Origin: Cyanobacteriota bacterium | GTDB taxonomy: Bacteria; Cyanobacteriota; Cyanobacteriia; Cyanobacteriales; Coleofasciculaceae | DNA: 51,783 nt | NCBI GenBank assembly: GCA_040756535.1 | Contig: JBFLZA010000001.1 | Span: 1 to 51,783 of the forward strand | Direction: 5' to 3' | Part shown: positions 28,258-37,900 of the stretch, in pieces | Layout: every line of letters begins with the position of its first letter | Position numbering within the stretch: position 1 is the stretch's first letter | The notes under the pieces: generated by a model | The model's input: the letters and a program-made list of their open reading frames with translations, nothing else | What the model was told of the DNA's origin: nothing | The model's database searches: none | Made by a program: the position numbers and the translations under genes

Positions 28258-28878
28258 GTGAAGCTAGAAAACTTACTGTTACCCGTAGGACTCCTGGCAG
28301 TGGTAGCGATCGCTTTCTTCGCCTACAGCGCTACTGCTGCTCCCTTGCCAGAAGGATTTCCCCCTCCAACACCAGAAGGGCAAATTGAGGTCAAACAATA
28401 TCCGGCATACCGTTCTGCCACAGTCCGCTATTCAGGAGAACTCTCAATGGCAGCGAATAGAGCTTTTGATCCTCTCTATCGCCACATCAGCTCAAACAAT
28501 ATCTCCATGACGGCTCCTGTAGAAACCCGTTATCCAGTTAGTACTCTAGAAGCTGGTGAGATGGGCGCATCCGATGAACGGGGTGAAGCTCTCGTTTCAT
28601 TCCTCTACCGCAGCACTGACATCTACCCTTCTGAGATTGCTCAAAACATTCAGGTAGAAGATATTGCACCAATGACAGTCGTCAGCCTTGGACTAAAAGG
28701 CAGTTACGATTACTCCAGCTACCAAAAGAACATAGAGCGCTTACGAGAGTGGTTAGCGCAGCACCCGGAGTGGACTGTCGTCGGTTCACCTCGCCGCTTC
28801 TTCTACGATGCTCCCTATGTCCCCGAACCTGCCAAGCGCAGTGAAATCCAAATTCCCATTCGTCGGGTCGATGGTTAG
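28258..28878 (+). CDS. SOUL/HEBP-like heme-binding family protein with signal peptide
   Basis: N-terminal hydrophobic signal LLPVGLLAVVAIAFFAYSATA. YPAYRSATV...AFDPLYRHISSNNISMTAPV resembles the SOUL family core. Confidence 0.65.
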   Translation: MKLENLLLPVGLLAVVAIAFFAYSATAAPLPEGFPPPTPEGQIEVKQYPAYRSATVRYSGELSMAANRAFDPLYRHISSNNISMTAPVETRYPVSTLEAGEMGASDERGEALVSFLYRSTDIYPSEIAQNIQVEDIAPMTVVSLGLKGSYDYSSYQKNIERLREWLAQHPEWTVVGSPRRFFYDAPYVPEPAKRSEIQIPIRRVDG

Positions 28879-29171
28879 CGAAAAGCAACGACCTCATAGT
28901 GTTCCACTGTTGGGAATGGGTCATAGAAGTGATGCAACAAGGAACGCCACTGTTGGTACTCTGGCGATTGTCGAAACCCAATCGTGTGAGCTTCTAACGT
29001 TTGCCAGCGCACAAGTAGAATATAGCGGTTCGTGGTTTCTAAGCAACGTTGGAGTTCATGAGAGATGTACCCTGGCATGGAAGCAATGATGGTTGAGGCT
29101 GTTTTAAAAGCCGTTTCAAACTCATTAACCCGACTGGGCTTAACATCAAGGATGGCAACCTCTAGTATCAT
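28875..29171 (-). CDS. antibiotic biosynthesis monooxygenase (ABM) domain protein
   Basis: MILEVAILDVKP...FETAF...MPGYISHELQRCLE..NRYILLVRWQTLEAHT.GFRQSPEYQQWR is a typical ABM ferredoxin-like fold sequence. Trimmed to an internal ATG. Confidence 0.7.
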   Translation of the reverse strand: MILEVAILDVKPSRVNEFETAFKTASTIIASMPGYISHELQRCLETTNRYILLVRWQTLEAHTIGFRQSPEYQQWRSLLHHFYDPFPTVEHYEVVAFR

Positions 29172-29249
29172 GGGCTGGATGTTTTTACCACGGATACTAT
29201 AGTACAAGGTGCTATCAAGTAGCGGCTACTCAGCAGCATCGCCTTCTTT

Positions 29250-29876
29250 TTAATAGGATTGGCGCAACCTGAGTGCATGTACAATACTCAATACATCATG
29301 AGTCCACTGAGGAAGGATTAACGTCATCGCAATTTCTTCCACCGTGTGAATAATGCCCACTGCGATCGCAAGACTCAGCGTCAATCCTCCATAACCAAAA
29401 CCGAACAGAGCGATCGTCGCAAGAAACAGACTGACTCCCCAGGCTTTGGCTGAATAAGTATGATAGCTGGCGGGTTGACCGTATTTGGCTAAATTGACGA
29501 CCCACCAAATCAACTGAATGCCCACTACCGCACTCAACCCATGAGAGAAGGTGATAATCACATCAGAATGCACCAAAAAGGCACTGATTCCAACACAAAT
29601 ATACAGGCAGACATCAGCCCAACTATCAGCCTTTCTCAGGGAAGCTGTACTAACACCGAGACGACGTGCAATGACACCATCCAAGATATCTGAGAGAAAG
29701 GCGGCTACAAACCCAACAATGAACCAGGCATCTGTCTCGCCATCGATCGCATTGAGTAGTAGTAACGGTCCCATGAAAAAGCGGAGGATGACGAGTGCGG
29801 CAGGAACAAATTGAATCACTGCCGCCAATAGTGAGCGAGAGCTTTCGGTTTTCGCAATTTCACGGGTGTCGTTCAT
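29250..29876 (-). CDS. CDP-alcohol phosphatidyltransferase family membrane protein
   Basis: DILDGVIARRLGVSTASLRKADSWADV resembles the D-x2-DG-x2-AR...D-x3-D motif. Multiple hydrophobic helices. Confidence 0.65.
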   Translation of the reverse strand: MNDTREIAKTESSRSLLAAVIQFVPAALVILRFFMGPLLLLNAIDGETDAWFIVGFVAAFLSDILDGVIARRLGVSTASLRKADSWADVCLYICVGISAFLVHSDVIITFSHGLSAVVGIQLIWWVVNLAKYGQPASYHTYSAKAWGVSLFLATIALFGFGYGGLTLSLAIAVGIIHTVEEIAMTLILPQWTHDVLSIVHALRLRQSY

Positions 29877-30207
29877 AAGTCCTTTCGCAACAGCGCTTCG
29901 ATTAACCTGAGTTTTGCCGAAATCTGTGTTGCAATGGGGCTTGTCGTGACCAGTTTCCTGGAAAGTCTACCCAGTTGTGATTAAAAACCTGGGTTTAGAG
30001 TAGTGGGGATTTGAGCCTTGGTAGGACAGTTGGAGAGATTGGCACTGATTATCGGCGATCGCGTAATTCTATCGACACAAAAAGCCGCAGGCGCACTTTG
30101 ATTCCATCGGAAAGATGGAGCAGATGGCAGCGAGTTTACTTTTTTGAGACGTAAGCATGTGGTAGAGTGAATGCAACCAAATTATGTGTTTATTTGCATA
30201 GGAATTC

Positions 30208-31233
30208 ATGAGAGCCAAACCGAAGGCTCCCGATCGCTCTGCGCCAGAAGAAGGCGTGGAAGACCAGGAACTGTTGTGGATGTGGTTGCACGCCAAAAGC
30301 GATCGCACCCGTGCTGTCTATAGAGAGGAAGCAGAGAAGTTCCTAGCTTGGGTCAATAAGCCTTTAAAAGCAGTTACTTTAGTAGACCTCTACAGGTATG
30401 TGGACAGTCGCGGAGACTTAGCGTCTGCAACCCTGGCTCGGATTGTCAATACGTTGAAGTCTTTGTTTCGCTTTGCCCACGAAGCGGGTTATTGCCCCGT
30501 TAATGTGGCGTTGAAACTGAAGCCTCCTAAAGTTCGCAATTGCTTAGCCGAACGGTTGCTCACGCAGCAGGACGTTGTGCGGTTAATCGAGAATGCCACG
30601 AGCGATCGCAACAAAGTTTTGCTGCTGTTGGCGTATACAACGGGGTTGAGAGTTTCCGAGATTTGCGGCTTGAAATGGCGCGATCTGATTGCCAAAGAGG
30701 GCGGGGGACAACTGGTGGTGCGGGGAAAAGGCGGGAAAACTCGCTACCTTGGACTCCCGACTCCAGTATGGATGGCTGTGGAACGTTTAAGAGGGACGGC
30801 GAGTGCTAGTGACCCCGTGTTTTCCTCGCGCAAAAAAGGAGGACATTTAAGCCGCTCGATGGTGATGCGAATTGTCCGAGCGGCGGCTCAAAAAGCCGGG
30901 ATTGATGCGCCCGTCAGTCCGCATTGGTTGAGACACGCCCACGCAAGTCATGCTTTGGAGCGAGGAGCGCCGCTACATTTGGTGCAGCACACCTTAGGAC
31001 ACTCGCAAATCCAATCCGTCGCGGTTTATCTCCACGTTCAGCCGATGGATAGTTCGGCAAGATTTTTGATAGGAATTGTTTCTGATCAACCAATCAATCA
31101 GGTAGAGGGTAACGAGGTGACAGAAGCGATCGCTCCAATCACAGTGGAAGTTCTACCCTCAAGTCCGATTCCAAAGCTTCCCGAATCGATGAGTGCTTCT
31201 GACATAGAAGTCAGTTCGGCTGTTGTCGAATAA
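30208..31233 (+). CDS. tyrosine recombinase (XerC/XerD-like integrase)
   Basis: LLLAYTTGLRVSEICGLKWRDL (Arg I region) and HWLRHAHASHALERGAPLHLVQHTLGHSQIQSVAVYLH (H-x-x-R ... H ... Y). Confidence 0.85.
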   Translation: MRAKPKAPDRSAPEEGVEDQELLWMWLHAKSDRTRAVYREEAEKFLAWVNKPLKAVTLVDLYRYVDSRGDLASATLARIVNTLKSLFRFAHEAGYCPVNVALKLKPPKVRNCLAERLLTQQDVVRLIENATSDRNKVLLLLAYTTGLRVSEICGLKWRDLIAKEGGGQLVVRGKGGKTRYLGLPTPVWMAVERLRGTASASDPVFSSRKKGGHLSRSMVMRIVRAAAQKAGIDAPVSPHWLRHAHASHALERGAPLHLVQHTLGHSQIQSVAVYLHVQPMDSSARFLIGIVSDQPINQVEGNEVTEAIAPITVEVLPSSPIPKLPESMSASDIEVSSAVVE

Positions 31234-31406
31234 GCTCAATGGCTTTGAAGCAGCAACCAGAGCTTTATTTCTAGAGAAACTTAGGAAATCTAGATTTTTA
31301 TCGAGTTTACCGAACCCGGATTTTTTCAGTTTACCGTACTTTCTATTGAGCCTAAATTCTGGCATGAAAGGTTTCTAGTTGGTTATCAGATTTCGCCATA
31401 TGTTGG

Positions 31407-31805
31407 TCAGGGTTCAAAAACTTCTGCTCTTTCAATGACAAACCATTCGTGATATAAAATTGCTAGAAAGAAGTCTTCTCCCTTCAGGCGATCGCAGACC
31501 GCCATAAAGCCAGAGAAAAAGGGGTCGTCATCATAGGTGGTATCCTGGAGAAACAGCGTCAGCGAGTTCCCATCTGCGCTCCAAATCGAACGCAAAATCG
31601 TGATATTTGGATGGTGTGATTTCTCGACGGGCAGAAGCACCCAGCGTCCTTCAATTTCTAAGAACTCAGGTTCGTAGTATCTTAGAACCGAATCCCAATC
31701 TTCTGGGCCTTCGTGCTTTTCAATAATCCTGTCCCATCGCACTGACTTAATTTTATCTAGGGTTTCTGTCGATAAATTTTCTACTTTCATTCTCGTTTCA
31801 GCCAA
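31407..31805 (-). CDS. hypothetical protein
   Basis: 132 aa ORF with an ATG start and no motif. Confidence 0.45.
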   Translation of the reverse strand: MAETRMKVENLSTETLDKIKSVRWDRIIEKHEGPEDWDSVLRYYEPEFLEIEGRWVLLPVEKSHHPNITILRSIWSADGNSLTLFLQDTTYDDDPFFSGFMAVCDRLKGEDFFLAILYHEWFVIERAEVFEP

Positions 31806-31832
31806 GGGTCGGTATTAACGGTAGAGAGTTTG

Positions 31833-32201
31833 TCAACGGTAAGGAGAGTGAATCGCTAATTGAGCATCAGAATCTCCATCTACGCCAGTCATATTAATCA
31901 ATTCCAGCAATCTTTCTGGAGTCATCGTCGGGTCTTGAACGCAATCCCAAAGCGAACCCATTGTCCAACTTGGTCGTTGCCAATCTCTGGGATAAGACCG
32001 TTCTAAAAACCACTGCCATTGGCTAGGATGGTTAAGCATATGCTGGGCTATTTTCAGTTCTGATTCCGCCTCCACAACGCGAAAACTCGACGGATACATC
32101 CCTTCGTCGTAAAGAGGAGAGCGATTTTTTTCGGGGGAGATGAGCAGAACGCGAGCCAACTTGCGCCAATAAATAGACCCAGACCCTTCTTGTTGAAACA
32201 T
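31833..32201 (-). CDS. hypothetical protein
   Basis: ORF 31833..32357 trimmed to the ATG at 32201 (MFQQEGSGS...). The longer form would overlap the Tn3 remnant. Confidence 0.4.
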   Translation of the reverse strand: MFQQEGSGSIYWRKLARVLLISPEKNRSPLYDEGMYPSSFRVVEAESELKIAQHMLNHPSQWQWFLERSYPRDWQRPSWTMGSLWDCVQDPTMTPERLLELINMTGVDGDSDAQLAIHSPYR

Positions 32202-32235
32202 TATAGAACCCTCAACCCCAGGACGAATTGACCGC

Positions 32236-33598
32236 TTGATTCGGACAGCCCTGCACCAGTATGAAACCCACTTCTGTGCAGACATACTCTCCAAGTTACC
32301 CTCACAAGCGTTAAGGCAAATTGATACCTTTCTGGATGTAGAGAACAGTACAGACAAAGCAACTGAGGCGGAAGAATCTGAAAAACTGAGACAATCAGAT
32401 TTCTCTTACCTGAAAACTGACCCCGGTCCAGTTGGACTGGATAGTCTCCTGACAGAAGTAGAGAAGTTGCAACGCCTACGTCAAGTTGGATTACCACCTA
32501 ATCTCTTTTCTTGTGTTTCTGCGAAAATCTTACAAACCTATCGACAACGAGCTGCCACTGAATCCCCCCGCGATTTACGGATGCACCCAGAGCCAATTCG
32601 TTATACTCTTATGTCCGTTTTTTGTTGGGTAAGGAGTCAGGAAATCACCGATAACTTAGTAGAACTGCTAATTCAAATTGTCCATCGGATTGGAGTTAGG
32701 GCAGAGAAGCGTATTGAGCAGGAAATCCTCAACAACTTCAAGCAAGTAGAAGGGAAGACGAATTTACTCTTTCGACTAGCTTTTATCCGCCCTTGAGTAT
32801 CCAGAAGGAATTATCAAGAAAGTTCTCTACCCAGTTGTAGGTGAACAAACCTTAAAAGATTTGGTTAAAGAGTACAAATCTACAGGTTTGGCTTACCGTC
32901 AAAGAGTCCACACCGTTATGCGCTCCTCCTACGCCAGTCACTATCGACGCATGGTTCCAAAATTACTTGAAGTTCTAGAATTTCGCTCGAATAATGAAGT
33001 CCACCGTCCTGTAATTCAAGCCCTAGAGTTACTCAAAAAGTATGCTGACAGTAAACAGCGGTACTATTCAGCTTCAGACGAAGTGCCAATTGAAGGCGTG
33101 TTGAAAAGCGGTTGGCGCGAAATTCTCTTGGAAAAGCTATTCTAAAACGGTTTACTCGTAACCCTCTGCAACATCCTACTTATCAAGCTTTGGCAGAACT
33201 AGGTAAGGCAGTTAAGACGATTTTCTTGTGCCAGTATCTACATTCTGAAGCTGTCCGACGTGAAGTTAATGAAGGGTTGAATGTGGTAGAACACTGGAAT
33301 AGCGTCAACGATTTCATCTTCTATGGAAAGGGGGGTGAGTTCGCTACTAACCAACTGGAGAACCAGGAGTTGTCTGTCCTGTCGTTGCATCTCCTGCAAA
33401 GAAAGCCTGGTGTACATCAACACCCTGATGATTCAACGGGTATTGCAAGAGAAGCATTGGTTAGGGAAACTCACACCAGAAGACCAAAGGGCGCTCACGC
33501 CGCTGATTTACAGTCATGTTACTCCCTACGGCACGTTTCGACTGGATATGAATGAGCGGTTATCCCTCTTGAGCGACCCAGAGTTAGTGATGGGATAA
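32236..33598 (+). pseudogene. Tn3-family transposase remnant (N-terminally truncated, internally deleted, frameshifted)
   Basis: Three or four consecutive ORF pieces. The first part (LKTDPGPVGLDSLLTEVEKLQRLRQVGLP...HPEPIRYTLMSVFCW) is Tn3 TnpA N-terminal-region-like. The last part ([53 protein letters not shown]...[18 protein letters not shown]) is the TnpA C-terminus. The DDE core between them is missing. Confidence 0.8.
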
Positions 33599-33604
33599 GG
33601 GAAG

Positions 33605-34240
33605 TTAGTCTGTCCAAAAATTCTCAAATCGCTGAGGGGACATCTGAGTGTAGCGAACCGTGTGGTGAATATTCTTGTGTCCCAAATAATCCTGAATCGC
33701 TCTGGTGTCATGTCCTTTCGAGGCTAGATAGTAGCCACAGGCATGACGCAGTTGGTGAGGATGAACGGGGAAGGAAAGACCAGCTACAACACCAGCTCGT
33801 GCGATAATCTGACGGATTGACCGAGTTGATAAAGGAGCTTTGCGCTCGGAGACAAAGACATACTGGGTATCGGGATAATCTCGTAATAGCTGGCGCAGCG
33901 CTCGCAATTCCGGAGCGCGAAGCGGATGGATACTATCGTGCCCGTGTTTGACCCGGTGAACTTCTATGTAGCCTTCACACAGATCTAGGTTCGACCACTT
34001 GAGCGCAACTAATTCGGCTGTACGCAGTCCATGACGGAACATCAGCAGGATAATGGCAGCATCCCTGATTCCATGTCTTCCCACTTTTCGGGCTGCTCGA
34101 ATCAGTGACTCAACTTCTTTAAGTCGCAAGTATTCTCTATCTCGCTCTGATCTCTGTTTGGGCGGTGGAGGAGAGTGAGAAGAAAACTTTGCCTTAAACG
34201 GAAGTGGAGCTGTTGCTGCTGGCATGAGTCTAAACCTCAT
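33605..34240 (-). CDS. small tyrosine recombinase (FimB/TnpI-like)
   Basis: GRHGIRDAAIILLMFRHGLRTAELVALKWSNLDL and HQLRHACGYYLASKGHDTRAIQDYLGHKNIHHTVRYT catalytic regions. 211 aa. Confidence 0.85.
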   Translation of the reverse strand: MRFRLMPAATAPLPFKAKFSSHSPPPPKQRSERDREYLRLKEVESLIRAARKVGRHGIRDAAIILLMFRHGLRTAELVALKWSNLDLCEGYIEVHRVKHGHDSIHPLRAPELRALRQLLRDYPDTQYVFVSERKAPLSTRSIRQIIARAGVVAGLSFPVHPHQLRHACGYYLASKGHDTRAIQDYLGHKNIHHTVRYTQMSPQRFENFWTD

Positions 34241-34282
34241 GCTTGTGTATGTATCTCTACAATACTCTGCCTAAAAGGAGGC

Positions 34283-34375
34283 GAAGTAGGCAAAGTAGGC
34301 AAAGTAATGATTTGTATTACTTATCAAAAACGGGCAGGAAAGGGATTGACTTTTGCGTCATTCTTCTACTTTGCC
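34283..34375. promoter_or_regulatory. candidate recombinase binding sites (GGCAAAGTA motif)
   Basis: GAAGTAGGCAAAGTAGGCAAAGTA (34283-34306) holds two direct copies. An inverted copy, TACTTTGCC, is at 34367-34375. The region lies between the intact recombinase gene and its truncated paralogue. Confidence 0.35.
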
Positions 34376-34410
34376 CCTGGTGACACGAACCCTAGTTTTA
34401 CCCCAAACTG

Positions 34411-34632
34411 AAGAATTCAGAGCGGCGTTCCAGAGAATACTTGTTACCAACCGAGGTGAGGCAACTGATAGAAGCCGCCAAGAAGCTTGGGCGTCACGGC
34501 CATCGCGATGCTGTTTTAATTACGATGGCTTATCGTCATGCCTTACGAGTGGGAGAGTTAGTCAATTTACGCTGGTATCAAGTGAATTTTTCTGAAGGAA
34601 AGCTTCATATCAATCGTCTCAAACATGGTTAA
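34411..34632 (+). pseudogene. N-terminal fragment of a paralogous small tyrosine recombinase
   Basis: SERRSREYLLPTEVRQLIEAAKKLGRHGHRDAVLITMAYRHALRVGELVNLRWYQVNFSEGKLHINRLKHG* aligns with residues of the 33605..34240 product up to ...VHRVKHG. It has no proper start and no catalytic half. Confidence 0.7.
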
Positions 34633-34665
34633 GTAGCAGAATTCATTAGACTTCTTGCATAAATG

Positions 34666-34709
34666 CTACAGCACTAGGAGATAAGTACTACAGCATTAGG
34701 AGATAAGTA
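34666..34709. repeat. 22 bp tandem direct repeat (2 copies, 1 mismatch)
   Basis: CTACAGCACTAGGAGATAAGTA / CTACAGCATTAGGAGATAAGTA, immediately after the break point of the truncated recombinase gene. Confidence 0.85.
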
Positions 34710-34911
34710 CTACTAAGCTGTTCAGCATTTAGATTGAGATACCTAAATTCCTCAAAGGGAACAGGGAACAGGCGACGGAGAATACCCAATTTAAATGTAC
34801 ATCAGCTCAGTACGTCATAACAATCGACTTTTGCAATAGGTCTATTTAACTAGCTTTTCTTCGTGATTACGGTAATAGAGATGGCGTAGGTGAAGCAATC
34901 TAGGAGGATTT

Positions 34912-37900
34912 ATGGAAATAGCGGTAAACTTCGAGTTTTGTGATGGAGACTTTGAGCGCGGATTTACTCAAATCAAACTTCAGGTAACTAATGCACAGCG
35001 TAACTCTATACAATTAGAAGCGCAATTACCCCCAATTCCAGAACTTCCAGTTTCCTATCAAATTTGGAAAGATAAATTCGATTCTTTACTGAAGAATAGC
35101 AGAGGCGGTTTTAAAAAAAATCAAGTAACAAATCTTTCCACAGCCGAGTGTTATCAACTCGAGGAAAATTTATGCAATCACCTTCATCAGTGGTTGAACC
35201 CCATCAAGTTACAATTAGAATCCTTATTCCAATTAAGTCCTCCTTCAGAAATTCGTCTAATTATCCACACGCAGAATATAGCAGCAGAAGATACCAAAGA
35301 CATCTTACATCGACTGCCTTGGCAAGAATGGGATTTATTTCCAGAAAATTGCCACTCAGAAGCAGCACTTTGTTTTAATTCTTCTCAACCCAATACCGCT
35401 GCATCCGAACAACCATCAACAACTGGAAAAATTAGAAGAGCTAGAATTATCAGTATCTTTGGAGATAGTGACAATATTGATATTACAGCTGATGAAGAAT
35501 TAATTAATAAATTAAAGAAACGAGGAGCCGAACTGATTCCTCTGCGAGAGCCAAAACGCTCAGAGTTTATAAAACTCTGGGAAGAACCTTGCGATATCCT
35601 GTTTTTCGCCGGTCACAGTGAAACTACCGATAAGGGTCAAACTGGTGGACTTTACATTAATTCTGATGACTATTTAAATCTAGAGGAAATTAGAAAGACT
35701 CTCAGGGCAGCCATTAGCAAGGGTTTAAAATTAGCCATATTCAATTCCTGTGACGGTCTAGGTTTAGCAAGGCAATTAGCGGATTTAAACTTACCCTACA
35801 TTATCGTGTGGCGCTCGGAAGTACCAGATCAGCTCGCCCAAAAGTTTCTCAAATATTTTCTCAGTTCCTACACGCTAGGTCAATCTTTATTTGTAGCTGT
35901 TGCAGAAGCAAGGGCACAACTGAAAGAACTCGCAGACGACCGGGATATTGAAAAGCAACTACCAGGAGTGAGCTGGTTACCAGTTATCTGTCAAAATACA
36001 ACGGAGCCTCCACCAAGTTGGGAAGATTTGGGAGGATTGTCTGGCGAACTTCCTGAGTGTCCTTATCACGGTTTATCTGCGTTTCAGGAAAAAGATGCGG
36101 ACTTCTTTTTTGGTAGGGAGAAGTTTATTGCTTCTTTAGTGGAAGCAGTAAACAGCAAACCGCTAGTTCCTGTAGTTGGTGCTTCTGGGAGTGGAAAATC
36201 TTCTGTGGTATTTGCAGGGTTGATTCCCCGTTTACGAGCTTCTGGGAATGTGGAGATAGTCAGTTTTCGTCCGGGGAAAAATCCGTTTGATGCTTTGGCA
36301 GTGGCGCTAAGCAAATATTGCAAGTCTCTGGTACAAGGACAAACAGAAGCATCAGGAGAAAGGGCTAGCAGGTTGGCGGAACTGGAATTTGAGGTCAACC
36401 TGCGACATGATGAGACAGTATTATGCCATCTTATCGAAAATATTGTTAGTTCTTCAGAATACCACCGTTTGGTGTTAGTAGCAGACCAGTTTGAAGAACT
36501 TTACACCCTCACTCCAGAAGATGAACGTTACAGTTTTTTGAAGGCACTGCTTTTGACAGTAAGAAACACTCCGGCGTTGACGCTGGTGCTGACGTTGCGA
36601 GCAGATTTTTTGGGAATTGTGCTTGATGAGCAACCAATGGGAAAGGCTTTGCAGCAATACTCCCCATTGTTACTGACTCCGATGGACTCTGAGGAATTAC
36701 GAGATGCGATTGAAAAACCAGCTTTAAAAATGAAGGTGGAGCTGGAGGAGGGGTTAACAGGTAAACTTATTAATGATGTGGGGAATCACCTTGGTCGTTT
36801 ACCAATGCTTGAGTTTGCGCTCTCCAAGCTTTGGTCGAAACAGAGAAATTGGTATCTGACGCATCAGGCTTATGAAGAAATTGGCGGTTTAGAAAAAGCC
36901 TTGACCAAACATGCTTCGGAAGTATTAAAGCTGCTATCTAAGGCGGAAAAACAACAAGCCGAACGAGTGTTTATTCAGTTAGTGTGTCCAGGGGAAGGTA
37001 CGGAAGACACCAGGCGTGTTGCTACTTGCAACGAGGTGGGGAAAGAAAATTGGAATTTAGTCAAACGTTTAGCTGATGCGCGTTTACTGGTGACTGGGTG
37101 GGATGAAACTGAGAAAATAGAAACAGTGGAAATCGTCCATGAAGCATTAATTCGAGAATGGGGAACCTTGCGGGAGTGGATAACAACTAACCGTGAGTTT
37201 CGCATTTGGCAAGAAAGGTTCAAGCAAGATGTGCGTGACTGGGAAAATAGTCATCAAAACCCAGAAGCCTTATTGCAAGGAACGCGCCTAGCTGTAGCAG
37301 AAGATTGGTACAAGCAACGAGGAGATGAACTAACACCACGAGCGCGAGATTTTATTACCGCTAGCATTACACGGCGGGAACAGGAGCAACAAAAACAGAG
37401 GCTGAGACGACAGCTAACTATTTTTGGGCTTACTGGTGGTTCCCTGGTAGCCTTGATGCTAGCTGGAGCAGCTTGGTGGCAATGGCAGAATGCACACTTT
37501 AACGAAATAAAAGCTATTAATGTATCAAGTGAAGCGCTTTTAACCTCGGCTCAAGATTTTGAAGCGCTGATAGAAAGTTTGAAGGCATCCAGAAAACTAA
37601 AAGAAACACCAACTTATCTAGTATTTCGTAGACTTCAGGAAAAGGTTGATATCCAAAAGCAGGTTGATATTTTATTACAGGAGGCACTCTATAAAGTTAC
37701 AGAACGCAATCGACTGGAAAAGCATAAAGATGAGGTTACAAACGTTAGTTTCAGTCCTGACGGTAAGATGATTGCCACGGCAAGCAAAGACAAAACCGTC
37801 AAACTCTGGAGTTTGGATGGGAAAGAAATCAAAACCCTCCAAGGGCATCAAGCTTTGGTACAGAGGGTCAGGTTTAGCCCTACAGGAAACAGAATTGCAA

